DNA from: Octopus bimaculoides
Taxonomy: Eukaryota
Direction of reading: 5' to 3'
NCBI RefSeq assembly: GCF_001194135.2
Contig: NC_068984.1
Span: forward strand, 24,387,671 to 24,451,670
DNA length: 64,000 bases
This document shows, piece after piece, positions 12,261 through 23,292 of this stretch. Under the pieces are notes generated by a model, which saw only the letters and a list, made by a program, of their open reading frames with translations, made no database searches and was not told the origin of the DNA. The position numbers were made by a program, and so were the translations under genes. Each line of letters opens with the position of its first letter. The stretch's first letter is position 1.

Positions 12261-12684
12261 CTGGGTTGGTCTAGCTGTCTCTCAGGAGTTTACATTCAAA
12301 TGATTTTTCTATTTCTATCTGATAGGTAGGATAACATTTTTCTCTTATATTAAATCCATAAAAGAATGGCTTTACCCATACCTTTTTTAAAGTTCTCTCC
12401 CAAACTAATAAGGTCAATGATTTATCTTGACTTTCAAGAAGTTTCAGAAAGTGTGGTTCTGAAAGATTGGGCAAAAGTTTTCAATATAGAATCTGAGGAA
12501 GGAAGAAGGTCATTATAATGTAGGGATGTCAAGGAAAAAATATGGAATAAGAGTAGTGATTATGAAGAGTATTATGCAATTTAAGTGAAGTTAAACAAAT
12601 ACACATGGAATGAAAACAGAAATTCATACTGGCCTGTAACTTACTTTTTACTCTATCTTACTTGTTACAAAGTCTTACACTTGT

Positions 12685-12915
12685 CCCTTTAGCATTCAGA
12701 TTGCTCTGTCAAATGTAATGTTTATTTGTTCACATTGTTCTTAGGTCATCATGCTTTATGTCACAGATTTGAGACTATGTGGAGTTTGTTTTGGGTTTTT
12801 TTTTTCATTTTTAGAATGACATTGTAGGGTAGGTATGTGAAGCTAGATCTGGCTAGTTTGAACATAAGGAAGATAGAATATTTGAGCCAGATATGGCTGG
12901 TTTAAAATCTAAATA
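12685..12915. mobile_element. piggyBac-like MITE family P (decayed ends)
   Basis: Starts ccctttagcattcagatt; homologous to the TTAA-flanked copy at 54314-54532. Confidence 0.7.
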
Positions 12916-13026
12916 AGAGCTTATTTACTGAAATGTGTACACATTTAAAAGAAGTACAGACTACTTCAAAACTGAAATAGCTGAGTAACAAATTAACTCA
13001 GCAATAGAAATGAGGTTGTGACTTAC

Positions 13027-13150
13027 CTAAAACCTGACATGGCTACCATGAAATATCTCTTCAAGATTTGAGGGAATTAACATCAGACGTAAAAATTAAA
13101 GTAAAACTATCCATTTTGGTGCTCTCTTAATATATAGGGGCAGTATTTAT
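13027..13150 (-). other. Candidate spliced exon (non-coding or 5' UTR plus start)
   Basis: Acceptor tttgtttttacatgttctcttctttatgcAG and donor TAG|GTAAGT; stops in all frames, ends ATG GTA GCC ATG TCA GGT TTT AG. Confidence 0.35.
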
Positions 13151-14544
13151 CTGCATAAAGAAGAGAACATGTAAAAACAAAATATTAAATATTAATCAAA
13201 TGGTAAAATATACTTTAAAAATATTACAAAACAATTGCAAAAGATATACAAAATCTTAGAGGAATATATAACACACAGTATAACCTCAAAATGAAGGCCA
13301 TCTGCATGTTATGATTGACAGATATGCATCTTGAAATCAAGATGGCTGACTCTGCTTGCTTCAAATTTTTAAGGCTTGCAATCAAATTAATCTAAATGGA
13401 CCATTTATTCATAGCATTGCTAAAAAAATATTAGTTTCTCATATATATTAAATTTTCTCAATTACAAGAATATCTTTTTTTTTTTTTGTAATTCCATAAT
13501 TTTTTTCTTTTAATCCCTGTCAGTTCTGATATCTACAAATATAGCAAACATACATGCATGTTTAAAGTAAAGTATGATATAACAAGTATAACGTATCCTA
13601 CATTGAAAATATACAAATTTTATTGAATGATATTGAATGAGTTTTTAGTCTTGGCATAAATTTAAAAGGAAAAAAATAAAAGATGATATTGAATGGGTGA
13701 AGGAATTTAGTTGGATGTCTTAAGCCAGTATCCAGATGTTAGATTTTGTTTATACATATACACATATAGCAATATATATAATTTTAAACAGATGTCTTGC
13801 CTTTGAATATAGTCAGACAATTCTGGTGATTACAATGTATACACTGTTTTGTTATTGACAAAACCGTTCTAAGGTGAAGTATATTCAATACTTATCAATA
13901 GTAGCTCAAATATAGAATGTACTATATAATTTTGAAGAGCAATTCACCTCTTCTCAAATCAATTTTTATTGTATTTATCAAGAATAATACAAGATTTCAG
14001 GTCAAGCTGCTTTAGATATTGTTATTTTCCCTGAAATCCAGAGGATTATTTCAATTGTCATTAATGTTCACAAACAGTACAGATGTTTTAGTTTCAAAAA
14101 CTGTCTACTTATTTCTCTTATTAATGTTCTTTTATTATCTATTATTGAAAGATTCATACAGAAAAGAAAAAATAAATCCGTGAATTAGTGGTTTTAAATA
14201 ACTAATAGATAACAGCTTTAGAGATTCTTCGAGACCAAAGCCAGAAAATCTAACAGAAATCAAGATTGCAGCTACATTGAAACCATCTGCGAATTAAAAA
14301 TCTCCATTGAAATAAAACCAAGGACTGCTTTTAGCTGAATTAATAGGATGTTGGATTCTTGATCTGAGACAATTCGTATAATATTAACAACACAGTGTTG
14401 TATCATCCACTAAAATTTGTAACTTAAACTGACTCATTTAATGACTTCCTATAAATAAGTTCCATAGACAGATAAACATTCACAGCTATAAGGAGCAGAA
14501 GCAACCATTGCCACATCTGCTGCTACTACTGCCATCACTATTGC

Positions 14545-14830
14545 CATCATCATCATCATCATCATCAACAACATGTTTTAACATCCATCTTCCATGCTGG
14601 CATGGGATAAACAGTTTGATAGAATCCAATGGGTCTAAGGACTGCATTATGCTCTTGTGTCAGCTTTAGCATTGATTCTACAGCTGCATGCCTTTTGTAA
14701 TGCTAACCACTTTACAGAGCATACTGGATGATTTTTTTCATGGTACCAGCAATGGTGAGGTTGCCATGCAACTCACAAGACTAAGATCCCCTTTGACTGA
14801 GCAGGGTTACATTAGAGAGGGAGGCATCTT
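14545..14830 (-). mobile_element. Old SINE family C copy
   Basis: (CAT)n tail, catccatcttccatgctggcatggga, cagctgcatgccttttgtaatgctaaccactttacagag. Confidence 0.75.
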
Positions 14831-14839
14831 TATACTAAG

Positions 14840-15030
14840 ATTCTGTCAAACGTAATGCTTATTTATTCACATAGTTTTGAATTAATCATGCATTATCTCA
14901 TAGCTTTGAGATGTCAATGATGTGACTGCTTTTTTTTAGAATGACAGTGTAGGTCAGATCTGTCTGATCTGAACATAAAACATGTGGAAGTTTGGGCTAG
15001 ATATGGCCAGTTTAAATGCTAAAGGGTTAA
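14840..15030. mobile_element. MITE family P, left end missing
   Basis: Ends tttaaatgctaaaggg followed by TTAA (15027-15030). Confidence 0.8.
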
Positions 15031-15555
15031 AGTATGAAAAAAGTGTCCATAGCAGAACACTGTATAGTTAATTGCAGACATAAGTGCAAAACCACATTAG
15101 GAAGATTGCTATAGTCAATTAAATCAATCCAAGTACTTGACTTGTACTTAATTTTATTGATCACAGGAAGAATAAAATAAGAACAGGAGTTTCCATTCAA
15201 GTGACTTTTCTATTTTCATTTGAGAAACAGATAAACAATTTTTCTGATATTAGTCCAAAAGAGAATGACTTTACTCATAGCTTTTCTTCAGTTCTTTCCC
15301 AAACTAAAAAAAATCTAACTAACCCCAACAGAATCTGATGTTTTGCATGTTTCTGTGTCATCAGGTTAAGGAATGACCCCTACTGACTTCCTTGACAAAC
15401 GTTGTCTGTTCTTCAGGAAATTTTGATGGGAAAATACAAAGGTAGTTTCCAATTCTCTTCCTACTTTTTACAAGACAGCATCTTGTTAACTCGTTGCAAA
15501 GTCTTATCCTTAGCCTTTTAGCATTCAGATTATTCTGTCAAATGTAATGTTTATT

Positions 15556-15905
15556 TGTCTAATGACTGTGGCCATGCTGGGGCATTGCCTTGAGTCAAAT
15601 GAATTAATCCCAGTACTTGTTATTTCTTTTTAAAGCCTGGTACTTACTCTATAGGTCTCATTTGCTGAACGAAGATGTAAACAAACCAACACAAGTTGTC
15701 AAGCAGTAGTGGGGAACAAACACACACACACACACACACACACACAACAGGCTTCTTTCAGCTTTGGTCTACCAAATCCATTCACAAGGCTTTGATTGGC
15801 CGAGTCTATAATAGAAGACACTTCTCAAAGGTGCCACGCAGTGGAACTGAACCTGGAACCATGTGGTCGGGAAGTAAGCTTCTTACCACACAGCCATGCC
15901 TGCAC
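15556..15905 (-). mobile_element. SINE family A, full length
   Basis: Reverse tail, (CA)n hinge, ccaaatccattcacaaggctttg...cttaccacacagccatgcctgcac. Confidence 0.9.
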
Positions 15906-16412
15906 CTATAATTGATCTTGGTGAAATTTGAACTGAAAATCTGAAGTACCAAACCAAAAACTGTAAGGCATTTTGCCCGACAATCTAACAATCCTACTAA
16001 TTCACCACCTTAGAAGTTACTTTATTAATTTATATCTTTAAAGAAATAACAAACCTAATTTCCGGATATGAGGAGAGCTCCTACTAATACTCTGTAAAGC
16101 AGCCTGTACTAGACTCATGGCACTTGTTGTATCAGACCAATGAATGTTTGAAAGTCAAGAGAACTGGAACTATCTCTACGCAAACCATGCCCACCACAAT
16201 AATATTCAGCAAACCAAGTCACCAGTACCAATACAATTACACTTTCTTCATAAGTCCAATAGTGAGAGGGAAAGAGGCTGCAAAGATGGGTAGAGGATGC
16301 TGTGATCCTGCACACAGGCAGCCAAAGCAGTGAATGTTTTCCACAAGCTTGAACTAAGAACTCTGCGCAGCTCTGCTTTGTTGAACTGTCATTTGTCAAA
16401 GTAATGAAAGAG

Positions 16413-16700
16413 TTCATCACTCATCATCATTTAACGTCCGCTTTCCATGCTAGCATGGGTTGGACGATTTGACTGGGGACTGGCAAATCAGATGGCTACA
16501 CCAGACTCCAATCAGATCTGGCAGAGTTTCTACAGCTGGATGCCCTTCCTAATGCCAACCACTCCGAGAGTGTAGTGGGTGCTTTTTACATGCCACCAGC
16601 ATGAGGGCCAGTCCAGTGGTACTGGCAATGGTGTTTTTTTTACATGCCACCTGCACAGGAGTCAGTCCAATGTTTTGTTCACATGCCACCGGCACAAGTG
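16413..16700 (-). mobile_element. SINE family C with internal repeat units
   Basis: catcatcatttaacgtccgctttccatgctagcatgggttggacg...; repeated acatgccacc units. Confidence 0.92.
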
Positions 16701-16704
16701 CCAA

Positions 16705-17038
16705 AGCCCCATTTGGTCATGAATGACCATGGGATTGCACCCAGAAAGTTACCCACCAAGGTACAGGTCTAGGCAAGGTTGTTTTGTGGAGGACTAGTAG
16801 TTGCCCATGCATACCAGCCTCTCATCTCCATGTCACCAATGTTATTAAAGAGAAAGGCAAAGGCCGATACAGCTTGACACCAGTGATGTCACAAATCATT
16901 TCTACAGATGAGTGAACTGGAGCAACATGAAATAAAGTGTCTTGCTCAAGAACATAACACAGCCCAATCTGGGAATCAAACCCACTACCTCATAATTGTG
17001 AGCCTGATGCTCTAGCCGCTGAGCCATGCACCTTCACG
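16705..17038 (-). mobile_element. SINE K head (CORE-like) with tail type 2
   Basis: Minus: gtgaaggtgcatggctcagcggctagagc...gtttgattcccag...gttcttgagcaagacactttatttcatgttgctccagttcactc; tail ends ggtgcaatcccatggtcattcatgaccaaatgggg. Confidence 0.85.
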
Positions 17039-17399
17039 CTAGGTATACTATCCCTGAATATAAAATGAGATGGTCACAGCTTGAACACCTTTGACAATAT
17101 GTTTATTCAGTCAGGGCTTAGGGTTAATCAAACAAAAACATTTCACAATTGGGAGGAGGAACAGAATAATGAACTGAACTGTAAATGAGCAATAATGACT
17201 TGTCAAGCATTTTGATTATATACTAAAGTCTTAAGATCACTAATATCATGAGAATAAATGTGTTGCTGTAAAGCTAGTGATGCACTATGAAGGAGCTAAA
17301 AAATAGATGAAAATAACTTGAAAGCTATTCAAATTCAATCTAAAAGCATCTCCAGCCAAGAGCTGTTTCACTTTATCCGTTCATCTACTTAGACAAAAC

Positions 17400-17535
17400 A
17401 CTTAATAGAACATTTGATAATGACAAGAAGAATGACAATGATGATGATGATGATGGTGGTGGTGATGCCATGATGATGATGATGATGATCGTGATGATGA
17501 TGATCATCATGATGATCATGATTGATGAGGATTAT
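17400..17535. repeat. (GAT)n compound microsatellite
   Basis: Direct reading; source of the poly-His ORF. Confidence 0.9.
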
Positions 17536-17609
17536 GAGAATTGATTCGCTTAGACTTTCACACAATCCCATAAGATGAAAGATTTTACAAGTCAATGGAG
17601 GAGGTACTA

Positions 17610-17960
17610 ACTACATGGTTGATCAACTTGCTAAAAATAGCAGCCTTTTCTCCCTCATATCCCTATCCACTTTCTTAAAAAACAGAAAAGAATATATTGG
17701 ATAATATAGTCCCAGACATTAAAAAAAAAAATAAAGGAAAAAGAATGGATGGTTACAGATGTACTGCCTTTGATTACAGATCTGCTTTGTCTGCTTGATC
17801 AAGATTGGCCTGGGGTTAAACAACAACAACAACAACAGCAGCAGCAGCAGCAGCAGCAACAACAACAATGATTTATAACATGTTGTTTAGCCCTAAATCA
17901 GATCTCATTAAGCAGATGTATGATGACCAAAGACTTTCCAGCCATGCCTGACCCATCTTT
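17610..17960. repeat. Repeat E pair, tail to tail around (AAC/CAG)n
   Basis: ttgctaaaaatagcagcc...ggggttaaacaacaacaac, then the reverse tgttgtttagccctaaatcag. Confidence 0.7.
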
Positions 17961-17981
17961 TAATATACTTAGAACCCCAAG

Positions 17982-18415
17982 CTGGTGAGCTGGCAGAAAC
18001 GTTAGCACGCCGGGCGAAATGCTTAGTGGTATTTCGTTGGGCTTTACGTTCTGAGTTCAAATTCCACCGAGGTCAACTTTGCCTTTCATCCTTTCGGGGT
18101 CGATAAATTAAGTACCAGTTACGCACTGGAGGTCGATGTAATCGACTTAATCCTTTTGTCTGTCCTTGTTTGTTCCCTCTATGTTTAGCCCTCTGTGGGC
18201 AATAAAGAAATAAGAAACGTTAGCATGCCAGGTGAAATGCTTAGCGGTATTTCATCTGTCTTTACGTTCTGAGTTCAAAATCTGCAAAGGTCAACTTTGC
18301 CTTTCATCCTTTTGGGGTCGATAAATTAAATACCAGTTGCGTACTTGGGTCGATCTAATCGACTGGCCCCCTTTTCCCCAAAACTTTCGGACCTTGTGCC
18401 TAGAGTAGAAAAGAA
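17982..18415 (+). mobile_element. SINE family B composite (long-tail unit plus short-tail unit)
   Basis: ggtgagctggcagaaacgttagc...gggcaataaagaaataagaa|acgttagcatgcc...cttgtgcctagagtagaaaagaa. Confidence 0.9.
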
Positions 18416-18459
18416 AAAGAATATATTTAGAACCCTATACTGATGCCATGTATAGAGCA

Positions 18460-18650
18460 GTGGTGTCAGTGCCATGTAAAACGCACTTAGTACACTATAT
18501 AAAGTAGTTGGCATTAAGAAGGGCATCCAACAGATGAAGCCAGAGTCTGGTGCTGGCCTCCAGCTTGCCAGCTCATGTCAAATTGTCCAACCGATGCCAG
18601 TTTGGAAAAAAAGATGTTAAATGATGATGACGACAATGATGATGATGACA
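18460..18650 (+). mobile_element. Old SINE family C copy
   Basis: gttggcattaagaagggcatccaac...gtccaaccgatgccag...gttaaatgatgatgac. Confidence 0.75.
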
Positions 18651-18976
18651 TTTTTTTGTGACCTCAACACCCACTCTCCCAATGCTTAAGATACTCAACA
18701 TCCTTGTTTTACTAGAAACTTTATAAGAAAATCTGCATACCTCTAAGTGTGTTTTCTCATCATCTCCACACTCCAACTTTTAGAATATGGATTATGTTAT
18801 TTAAATTTAAAAACTCCCTACAATACCCTACAGTGTTCTTCCTTTTATTAATATGGTAGGTATGATCTGAAGAAGATTTAGCTACTATTGTTAGCAACTT
18901 GAGTGACCACATAAACACAAAATAAATGAACATTATTTACATTTGACGGATATATGTCCTCATCTTGTTTGTTGTT

Positions 18977-19021
18977 AACACAATGTTTCAGTGATATACC
19001 CTCCAGCCTTCATCAGGTGTC
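18977..19021 (-). ncRNA. Decayed minimal type I hammerhead ribozyme in the PLE terminus
   Basis: GACAC-CTGATGA-aggctggagggtatatcact-GAAA-CA(from CG)-TT-GTGTT; helix I GACAC/GTGTT pairs; helix II damaged. Confidence 0.7.
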
Positions 19022-19101
19022 TTGGGGAAAATTTGAACCTGGGTTTTCATTCCTAGGGTATTTTTCGATGTTGTTATTATTATTATTATTATTATTATTC
19101 A

Positions 19102-19174
19102 GGTCACTGCCTGGAATCGAACTTGGAATCTTAGGGTTAGTAGTCCGCGCTCTTAACCACTACGCCATATGCCC
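19102..19174 (-). promoter_or_regulatory. tRNA-derived Pol III A/B-box cassette inside the PLE 3' region
   Basis: gggcataTGGCGTAGTGGttaagagcgcggactactaaccctaagattccaAGTTCGATTCCaggcagtgacc; cloverleaf only partly pairs, so not a functional tRNA. Confidence 0.75.
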
Positions 19175-19762
19175 ACAGGCAATTATGGAGTGAATTTTAG
19201 GGCTTATAAATCTAATATTTTCCTATCCTTCCTCAATACCGGTTCCCATATGCTATTAATTTCTGCACTTGGTCTGCTTAGGAGGTTGTTGTGTCCTAGC
19301 ATATGTGCTGCTTCTTTTAGTTTTCATATTTTCCAGTGGTGTTCTGTGTCTATTATTTTAACTGAATCCATACTTGGTGCATGTTATTAATATGTCCAGG
19401 AATGCTAGCTGTCTGTCTTTTTCCTTTTCCATTGTGAATTGTGTATCCACACAATTATTTTTTGAGTTCACATGATCTAACAGCACTTGGACATCTTCCT
19501 GGTGGGGCCAGAGAATAAAGGTGTCGTCAACATATCGCAGCCATAAGGTTGGTTTTAGTGGTGTTGATCCTAAAGCCAAATTCTCAAAGTATTCCAAGTG
19601 TAAATTGGCTATTATCGGTGATAATGGTGAACCCATAGCTAAACCCTTTTCCTGTCGATATATATCAGTGTCCATACTGAAATAGGTAGTTTCTACACAG
19701 AAGGTCAACATTTCCATCAAGTTTCTTATTGGTATACTAGTGGATTCAATGGGGGTATCCTT

Positions 19763-20226
19763 GCCAAGTGACGGTAGCTACAGCAAAGTAAAGAAAGACT
19801 CAACTCTGAAAAAGGGAGAGGAAGTTGTCACAGATCTTGATCAAGAACAAGGTTCACTTTACACCAATGAAGTACAGACAACTGACTCAACACTACAGTA
19901 AACTACCACACATGTACGATCTCCCTAAGATTCACAAGGATGGTATTCCATTAAGACATATAGTGAGCTGTAGAGGTTCAGCACGTCATCCACTGAGCCG
20001 CTCGCTTCCTTGTGGATATAATCAGTCCTTTAGCAGGAAGGTCAACATCATACGTGAAGAATTCCATCCACTTCACAGAATTGATGAAGGATACCCCCAT
20101 TGAATCCAATCAGATGGTGAGTCTAGATGTGATAAGTCTGTTCACCAAAGTCCCAACTGGTGAAGCACTATCGGTGATTCAAGAAAAACTAGTGACAGAC
20201 ACCTATCTCAAAGAACGCACTAGTAT
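19763..20226 (+). mobile_element. Penelope-like retroelement, inverted upstream RT segment
   Basis: SDGSYSKVKKD...HMYDLPKIHKDGIPLRHIVSCRGS...SLDVISLFTKVP...KERTSI, with frameshifts. Confidence 0.92.
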
Positions 20227-20435
20227 TATTGTTCTTTTTTTCCAGGTCAACCTTGGTCGACAGATCTATGATCAAAAGTGATCATTCCATGACTATTCTG
20301 TCTTAATTTCAGACACGCTGTGTCTAAAACTATTTCTTCCTTTTTTATTTTTTATTTTTAAGAGAACAGGTGTGATTTGAGGAAGAATTGGTTGCTATTT
20401 CTAGCAGAATGCAAGACTGTGTAGTGGTTCCTTCA
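20227..20435 (-). repeat. Repeat E
   Basis: ccaggtcaacc...gatctatgatcaaaag...ggtgtgatttgaggaagaattggttgctatttctagcag. Confidence 0.75.
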
Positions 20436-21419
20436 TCAGATGACTGTTAATATGTTACAAATTGACAGAAGTTGTTAATACATCAATTTGTACAAGCAGC
20501 TGCCAATATACACAAATAACATATTTCTAAGGTTTTTTTTTTTATTCATAAAAAACTGATTTGGGGAATTTTTCAAGCATTTTTGAAAATATGGATTTTT
20601 TTTTCTTTTTGTAGGGTGGAGAGTGTACAGCAGTACTGATAGTTTTAGAGAAAAATGACCTTCTTGTGTTTTTCCACAAAATAGAGTATGTTTTGTTTAG
20701 TCCATTCTGGATGTTTTATTGTGCTCAATAAACAAATTGCTAAATAATAGCTAAAAGTCTGTAGAACCAACCTGAAAAGTGAGGGATGGAGGTTGGGAGA
20801 TGCAAGGGAGGAGGTATTTATGTTGTAAATGCTCTTTCTTTTCTGGATTCCATCCAATATTTTGTCTCAGAATGAAGAAAAGTGCTGCTTCATATGCATA
20901 AATAGTTTTCTATAAATGCTTTAAGCAGGGATTAGAGTCAAAACTAGCAAGTTGTAAGTGGAAGCTTTAATGACCAAACTGCAGCAATTTTGAGGTAGAT
21001 TTTTGAAATTTGGCCTACCAAGATTATGTTGCCATGGTAATTAATACAAACTTTGTAGTCAGTTGGCAGGGAGCAAGAGAAAGAAAATTAGATTTAGAAG
21101 TTATTAAGATATTAATGAGTAGACACTTTTGACTATGTAGTCAAATAATTCAACGGTAACAACAGTGATTGTATTCTGTTCCTGGGCATGCCGTTATAGC
21201 TCAACCTTGTCTCAGTCCGCTTGTCTGACAAGTTCTATTCCTGTTTCACAACTTAAGATGATGGTGGTTAGTAACAGAAATGGAATCCAGTCACATAATT
21301 ACTTGTTGCTACAATATGTAAACACTGAAATCTGATAAATCCATCCTTCCTTTGTGAAAATGGATATAATAAATAACATAAGGAAAATAAATAACATAAA
21401 GGAAAAAAATCCCCCTCCT

Positions 21420-21680
21420 CCTCATCATCATTATTGTTTTTACATCTGCTTTTTCCATGCTGTCATGAGTTGGATGAGACTTATTGAGGCAGTATTCTAT
21501 AGTTGGATGCCCTTCCTGTTACCTAGTCACTCTGTTTTTCAAGTAAGTATTTCTATTCCACAAGTCTTCACACAAAACCAAAACCACCATTTTACAAGAT
21601 GTATTGTTTACAGGAGATGTAAATAAATGCACCATTGCTCACTCAAACAGTGTCAATGTGGAGATACACAGAGACAAACA
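21420..21680 (-). mobile_element. Alternative (V-like, GAT-tailed) 3' half of the A-head SINE
   Basis: (CAT)n tail, gttggatgcccttcctgttacc, caagtaagtatttc; same module as 32972-33200. Confidence 0.6.
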
Positions 21681-21714
21681 CTCATACATGCATTCATATA
21701 TATAGGTACTGGTA

Positions 21715-21880
21715 TGGGCATGTGGTTAAGAAACTTACTTTACAAGCATGTGGCTTCATGTTCAGTCCTACAGCACAGCACCTTAGACAAGTGTTTTCTA
21801 CTCTAACCTTGGGTCAACCAAAGTCTTGTGAGTAAAATTGGTAGACAGGAACTGTGTGAAAGCCTGTCATATATAAATAT
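21715..21880 (+). mobile_element. SINE family A 5' half
   Basis: gggcatgtggttaagaaac...gttcagtcc...aagtgttttctactctaaccttgggtcaaccaaagtcttgtgag. Confidence 0.8.
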
Positions 21881-22283
21881 ATATATTATTTTATATTTTA
21901 CTTGTTTCAGTCATTTGACTGCGACCATGCTGGAGCACCGCCTTAAGCAGAAGCACACACACACACACATATATATACGACAAGCTTTCATACAGTGTAT
22001 AATAAGCACACAGTAATATATACAGTATATATACATATAACAGTTTCATACACACTTGCACACACACACACACACACACACACTCACATGTCCATGCACA
22101 CGTACACACATGCACAATACACATTGTGTCATACACACACACACACATGTGCTTGTGTACACACAAACACATGCCAGGTCACTGTTATCTCCTTTGCTGC
22201 TAACACCTCAATCCAACTTCTTCCTCTTCCAGTCATACCTTGACCATTTTTTTGTCTCCATTTTTTATTTCTCCTCATCTGTC

Positions 22284-22319
22284 CTTTCTGAAGAAGTGCA
22301 TAGACTCAAAACATTAAAG
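22284..22319 (+). ncRNA. Decayed minimal hammerhead motif
   Basis: CTTT-CTGAAGA-agtgcatagactc-AAAAC(from GAAAC)-ATT(from GTT)-AAAG; both core changes are CpG-type. Confidence 0.5.
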
Positions 22320-22409
22320 ATTTCTTCAATTTTCTCCAATATTAACCTAATCCTCCCTGTTTGTTGTTTTTTAATCTCATCTTTGTTTTTTTAATATTTT
22401 GGGGATATA

Positions 22410-22568
22410 TACGTTCTGAGTTCAAATTCTACCGAGGTCAACTTTGCCTTTCATCCTTTTTGGGTTGATAAATTAATTACCAGTTACGTACTGGGGTCAA
22501 TCTAATCAACTGGCCCTCTCCCCCAAAATTTTTATTTCAGGCCTAGTGCCTAGAGTAGAAAAGAATAT
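22410..22568 (+). mobile_element. SINE family B, 5'-truncated
   Basis: acgttctgagttcaaattctaccgaggtcaactttgcctttcatcc...gtgcctagagtagaaaagaa. Confidence 0.88.
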
Positions 22569-22577
22569 TTTGGGGAC

Positions 22578-22579
<2 letters not shown>

Positions 22580-22625
<46 letters not shown>

Positions 22626-22985
22626 TCCTCTTCACCACCTGACAACTGGTGTTGGTTTGTTAATGTCCTGTAGCAAAGGAAAAGAGAGCAACACACAAGT
22701 ACCAGACTTCAAAAAGTACGGAAATCAATTTGCTTCACTAAATCCTTCAAGACAGCACTCCAGCATGGCTGCAGAGTAATGACTGAAAGAAGTAAAAAAG
22801 AAAAAAGAAAGAAAGAAAAAGAATACAGGAGGGGCTTCTGTAAAGTTTTGGTCTATCAAATTTCACTTGCAAAGTGTTGGTCAACCTGAGGTGGTAATAG
22901 AAGACAGTTGCCCAATGTGTCACAGAATGAGATGGAACCTGAAACCACATGGCTGAGAAGTGAACTTTATAAACACACAGCTACA
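22580..22985. mobile_element. SINE A 3' half (+) abutting a SINE A 5' half (-)
   Basis: + half ends atgactgaaagaagtaaaaaag at about 22800; the - head follows from about 22830. Confidence 0.75.
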
Positions 22986-23109
22986 TAATTTAATACAGTT
23001 TCAACACTCACTGAGTACTTCAAGTACAGGGATTGAATGTTCAAATTGATGACTCAAGTCATTTACAATGTGCTACTAGAAACACATTATATTCCTTTTA
23101 GTCAACTTG

Positions 23110-23280
23110 AAAGCAGCAAGTTGGCAGAACCATTAGCATGTCAGGCATAATGCTTAACCGTATTTTGTTTGTCCTTACTTTCTAAGTTCAAATTCTGCCA
23201 AGGTCGACTTTGCCTTTCATCCTATTGGGGTTGATATGATAGGTACCAATTGAACACTGGGGTTAATATATTTGACTTAA
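23110..23280 (+). mobile_element. SINE family B, old subfamily
   Basis: caagttggcagaaccattagcatg...gttcaaattctgccaaggtcgactttgcctttcatcc. Confidence 0.85.
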
Positions 23281-23292
23281 CTATTCCAGGGT

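Larger units (their letters stand above)
18930..19762 (-). mobile_element. Penelope-like retroelement, 3' part (RT core, deletion, GIY-YIG C-terminus, terminal region)
   Basis: RQEKGLAMGSPLSPIIANLHLEYFE, LWLRYVDDTFILW, LAFLDILI, then VKIIDTEHHWKI*KLKEAAHM...IWEPVL. Confidence 0.92.

Noticed and set aside
12382-12492. Minus-strand exon candidate with good splice sites
   Set aside because: Stops in all frames, and the plus strand reads IYLDFQEVSESV, resembling a CR1 RT relic; ambiguous.
19102-19174. Functional tRNA gene, and likewise all SINE heads
   Set aside because: Acceptor, anticodon and T stems contain mismatches; these are tRNA-derived promoters.
19320-19335. In-frame TGA in the GIY-YIG tail as selenocysteine
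   Set aside because: It sits at the conserved Arg of the RxxKEA motif and is best explained by CGA-to-TGA decay; no SECIS recognised.
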